A stretch of 64,000 bases of DNA from Cetorhinus maximus (taxonomy: Eukaryota): contig NC_135888.1 in assembly GCF_964194155.1 (NCBI RefSeq), forward strand, positions 50,344,001 through 50,408,000, in the 5' to 3' direction. Both the position numbers and the translations under genes were made by a program. The notes below the pieces were generated by a model that saw only the letters and a list, made by a program, of their open reading frames with translations, was not told where the DNA came from and searched no databases. Positions 60,746 through 64,000 of this stretch are shown piece by piece; the stretch's first letter is position 1, and each line of letters starts with the position of its first letter.

Positions 60746-61934
60746 AGCACCACACTTCTAAGTTTATTTCCAACAGTCAGTAACCTGATGTTGCTGGGTT
60801 GTAATGAATAGCTCATAGCATGGTCCCAGCCCTCTCCCTGGGGTCTGGGGAGGAGGTGGTTTATGTAAGGACCTGTGGTTATTCAGTGTGGATTCTGCCT
60901 GTGCTGTTGAAAATAATAATAGGACATTCGTCTCAGCTGTGGCTAGTTGATGGGATCAGACATCATTAATCTGAGCTTCTGTAAACTTGGAGTTGAGATC
61001 TAAGGCCTTGACCCTAGGATTATGTGGAGTTGGCTTCCTGCATCTTGTACACAGTACTTACCCTCATAACTTTAGTGTCACAGATAAATACTTTTAAGGA
61101 AATTTCTGTTACTTTATTAGCTACTGCATCTTCCAATTAAGATTAGCAAAAGGACAGGACTGAATGGAAATGACTGGCATTGACAGAGTGCAGAGACATA
61201 TCAGACTGAATGACTAGTGCTGTACATTGTGGGCAGTGTCCCTTTTTGGGCACAGTAGTAGCTAATGCAAATCCCAGTAATGGTTACGTGAAGTCAAAAG
61301 TACAATGTTATTAATTTTCTGGGTACATTCCAGGTCCCATGGAAAGTTGTAAACAAACTCGAGCATAGCCATGAGAACCTCTCCAGGATCTATTTTGTAC
61401 TCCAGGCATAAAACAGCAACAACCTCCCAATCCAAATAGATGTCAGCAATAAGCACAGGCCAACGCCCCATTATTTGATGAGTACTTTCGAAATTGGATA
61501 CTGTGTGTACTTCATCAAGGAATAACTGCTGAATGCATGCAGTAACATGGACACATTTGGAGTAGCTGAAAAGATGTTGAAGTGGCATCTATATACCGAT
61601 TTATATGCATACACATGCTGGTGGGAGTGTATCGCTATATATACGCCTATCTGTACAAATCCTAGTTTGGGCGTATCTCCGTGAGAACCATAACCAATTG
61701 TCTTTTTACAAAGCTAATTTAAATGTGAATAAATTTCCCTTTTTTTAGTGCTGTAAGCCAAACACCTGCATTGTTCCTGAATACTTTTTAATTAAACAAT
61801 TCAGGATACATTCAGGTTGGAGCACCTGGTATAAAATACATTTTGGAATTGATTGAAGCTTTGGTTTTTGTGTAAACTATTTGCCATCACAAAAAAAGAG
61901 TGGGGAGGAGATGGACGGTATATGTGTCATCTCA

Positions 61935-64000
61935 TAATTTTATAACACAGAAACAGGCCAATTGGCCCAAGTGGTCAATGCCAGTGTTTCTGTTCCACAG
62001 AAGCCTCCTCCAACCTTGTGTCATGTCACCCTATCAACACAGCTTTCTATTCTTTTCTCCCTCATGTTTCTCCTTAAAGCTGAGCTATTTACCTCAACCA
62101 CTCCCTGTGGTAGTGAGTTCCACATTCTCACCACTCTCTGGGTAAAGAAATTTTTATTGGATTTAATAGTCACTATCTTATACTTATGGCCCCTAGCTTT
62201 CATCTCCCCCATATCGGAATACAGAACCATAGAAAAGTTATGGTGCAGAAAGAGGCCGTTCAGCCCATCGTGTCTGCACTGGCCGAAAAGAGAAAAAAGA
62301 AACTAGTTTCTCATTTTAATCCCATTTTCCAGTCCCTGGTTTGTAGCCTTGCAGGTTACAACACTTCAGGTGCAGATCCAGGTACCTTTTAAATGGGTTG
62401 AGCATTTCAGCCTCAACCACCAATCCAGGCAGTGAATTCCAGACACCCACCACCCTCTGGGTGAAAAACTTCTTCCACATGTCCCTTCTAATCCTTCTAC
62501 CAATCCCCTTAAATCTATGCCCCTGGTAATTGACCCCTCAGCTAGGGGAAACAAGTCTTTCCTATCTACCCTACCTAGGCCCCTCAAAATTTTGTACACC
62601 TCAAATAGATCACCCCTCAGCCCCCTCTGTTCTAAGGAAAACAACCCTAGCCTATCCAATCTTTCCTCATAGCTGCAATTTTCAAGCCCTGGCAACATTC
62701 ATGTAAATCTCCTCTGTACTCTGTCCAGAGCAATTATATCCTTTAATGTGGTGACTAGAACTGTACACACAATTCCAGCTGTGGCCTAACCATTTTATAC
62801 AGTTCTATTATTATATCCCTGCTTTTGTGTTCAATACCTTGCCCAATAAAGGAAAGCATTCCGTATGCTTTCTTGACCACCTTGCCCACCTGTGCTGCCA
62901 CCTATGCACATGTACTCCAAGGTCTCTCACTTCCTCAACCCCTCTCAATAACTTACCATTTATTGAGTATTCCCTTGTTTTGTTTGTCCTCCCCAAATGC
63001 GTTACCTCACACTTTTCCGGATTGAATTCCATTTGCCACTTCTCCACCCACTCAACCAAACCATTGATATCATTCTGGAGTTGACAGCTATCCTCTTCAC
63101 GGCCAATATTTGTGTCCTCTGCAAATTTCCCAATCATGCCTCCCTCATTTAAGTCCAAATGATAAATATATACAACAAACAGCAAGGGCCCCAACATGAG
63201 CCCTTTGGAACACCGCTGGAAACTGTTTTCCATTCGTTAAAACATCCATCAACCATTACCCTTTGTTTCCTGTCACTGAGCCAATTTTGGATCCAACCTG
63301 CCACTTTCCCCTGTATTCACGAGATCTCACTTTCCTCTGTATTCACGAGATCTCACTTTCCTGAGCAGTCTGCCATGTGGGACTTTGTCAAATGCCTTAC
63401 TGAAATCCATGTAGACACATCCACTGCACTACCCTCATCAATCCTCCTTGTTACTTCCTTAAAAATTCTCTTAAGTTGGTAAGACATGATCTTCACCTAA
63501 CAACCATGCTGACTATCCCTGATCAACCTGTGCCTTTCTAAGTGACAGTTTATCCTGTGTCTCAGAATTAATTCCAATAATTTGCCCAACACTGAAGTCA
63601 GACTGACCGGCCTATAATTTTCTGGCCTATCCCTTGCATCCTTTTTAAATAATGGTACAACGTTTGCAGACCTCCCATGTATCTAGTGAGGATTGGAAGA
63701 TGATCCTCAGATCATCTGCTATTTCCTTCCTGGCTTCCTTCAACAGCCTGGGATACAATCCACCTTCAAGGATGCCAGTCCCTCCAGTACTCCCTTTCTC
63801 AGTATGTTTATTGTATCTAATATTTCACACTCCTCTTTAACTAGAATGTCTGCATCATCCCGCTGCTTAGTGAAGACAGAGACAAAGTATTCATTGAGAA
63901 CCCTGCCCACATCTTCAGCATCAACCTACAGTTACCATGTACATCTCTGATAGGCACTACCCTTTCCTTAGTTATTCTCTTGCTCTTAATGTACTGGTAA
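61935..64000 (-). mobile_element. Two abutting CR1 fragments (61935-62215 and 62220-64000)
   Basis: KNFFTQRVV; LGPLLFVVYI..KFAEDT; LEQRGLRGDL; two separate 3' tails. Confidence 0.87.

Noticed and set aside
61262-61588. 108-aa minus-strand ORF as an FBXW5 exon
   Set aside because: No WD40 or FBXW5 motifs recognisable; probably a chance ORF.

Overview
Vertebrate nuclear DNA, not prokaryotic. The repeat families suggest a cartilaginous fish (inference). Three host genes can be built from splice sites and protein motifs: (1) six 3' coding exons of a TRAF2/TRAF2-like gene on + (36849-57695; two zinc-finger exons, coiled coil, TRAF-C/MATH domain); (2) exons 2 (partial) to 5 of TMEM141 on - (30174 down to 22735); (3) a probable first coding exon of a CCDC183/ODAD3-family coiled-coil gene on - (12401-12332) in a GC-rich promoter. 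The 200-N gap (30175-30374) cuts TMEM141 exon 2 and must hide the 5' ends of both TMEM141 and TRAF2. The rest is mostly nested retroelements: a degenerate RTE LINE holding a full-length CR1 LINE (zinc finger/esterase/APE/RT with a 35-bp 5' monomer array), many CR1 fragments, a Crack/L2-like LINE with a partner SINE, a solo LTR, Deu-type SINEs, and two Penelope-like (GIY-YIG) families with hammerhead ribozyme motifs. There are also many minisatellites, including a 2.5-kb TGAGTCA array and a 6-kb C-rich higher-order repeat. No wholly new system is demonstrable from sequence alone. The best leads are non-canonical Penelope hammerheads, repeated Penelope insertion at one CR1 position, the fused-ORF monomer-headed CR1, and a Penelope-derived promoter that could give a RING-less TRAF2 isoform. 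All reference comparisons are from memory, not from searches, and boundaries of old repeats are approximate.
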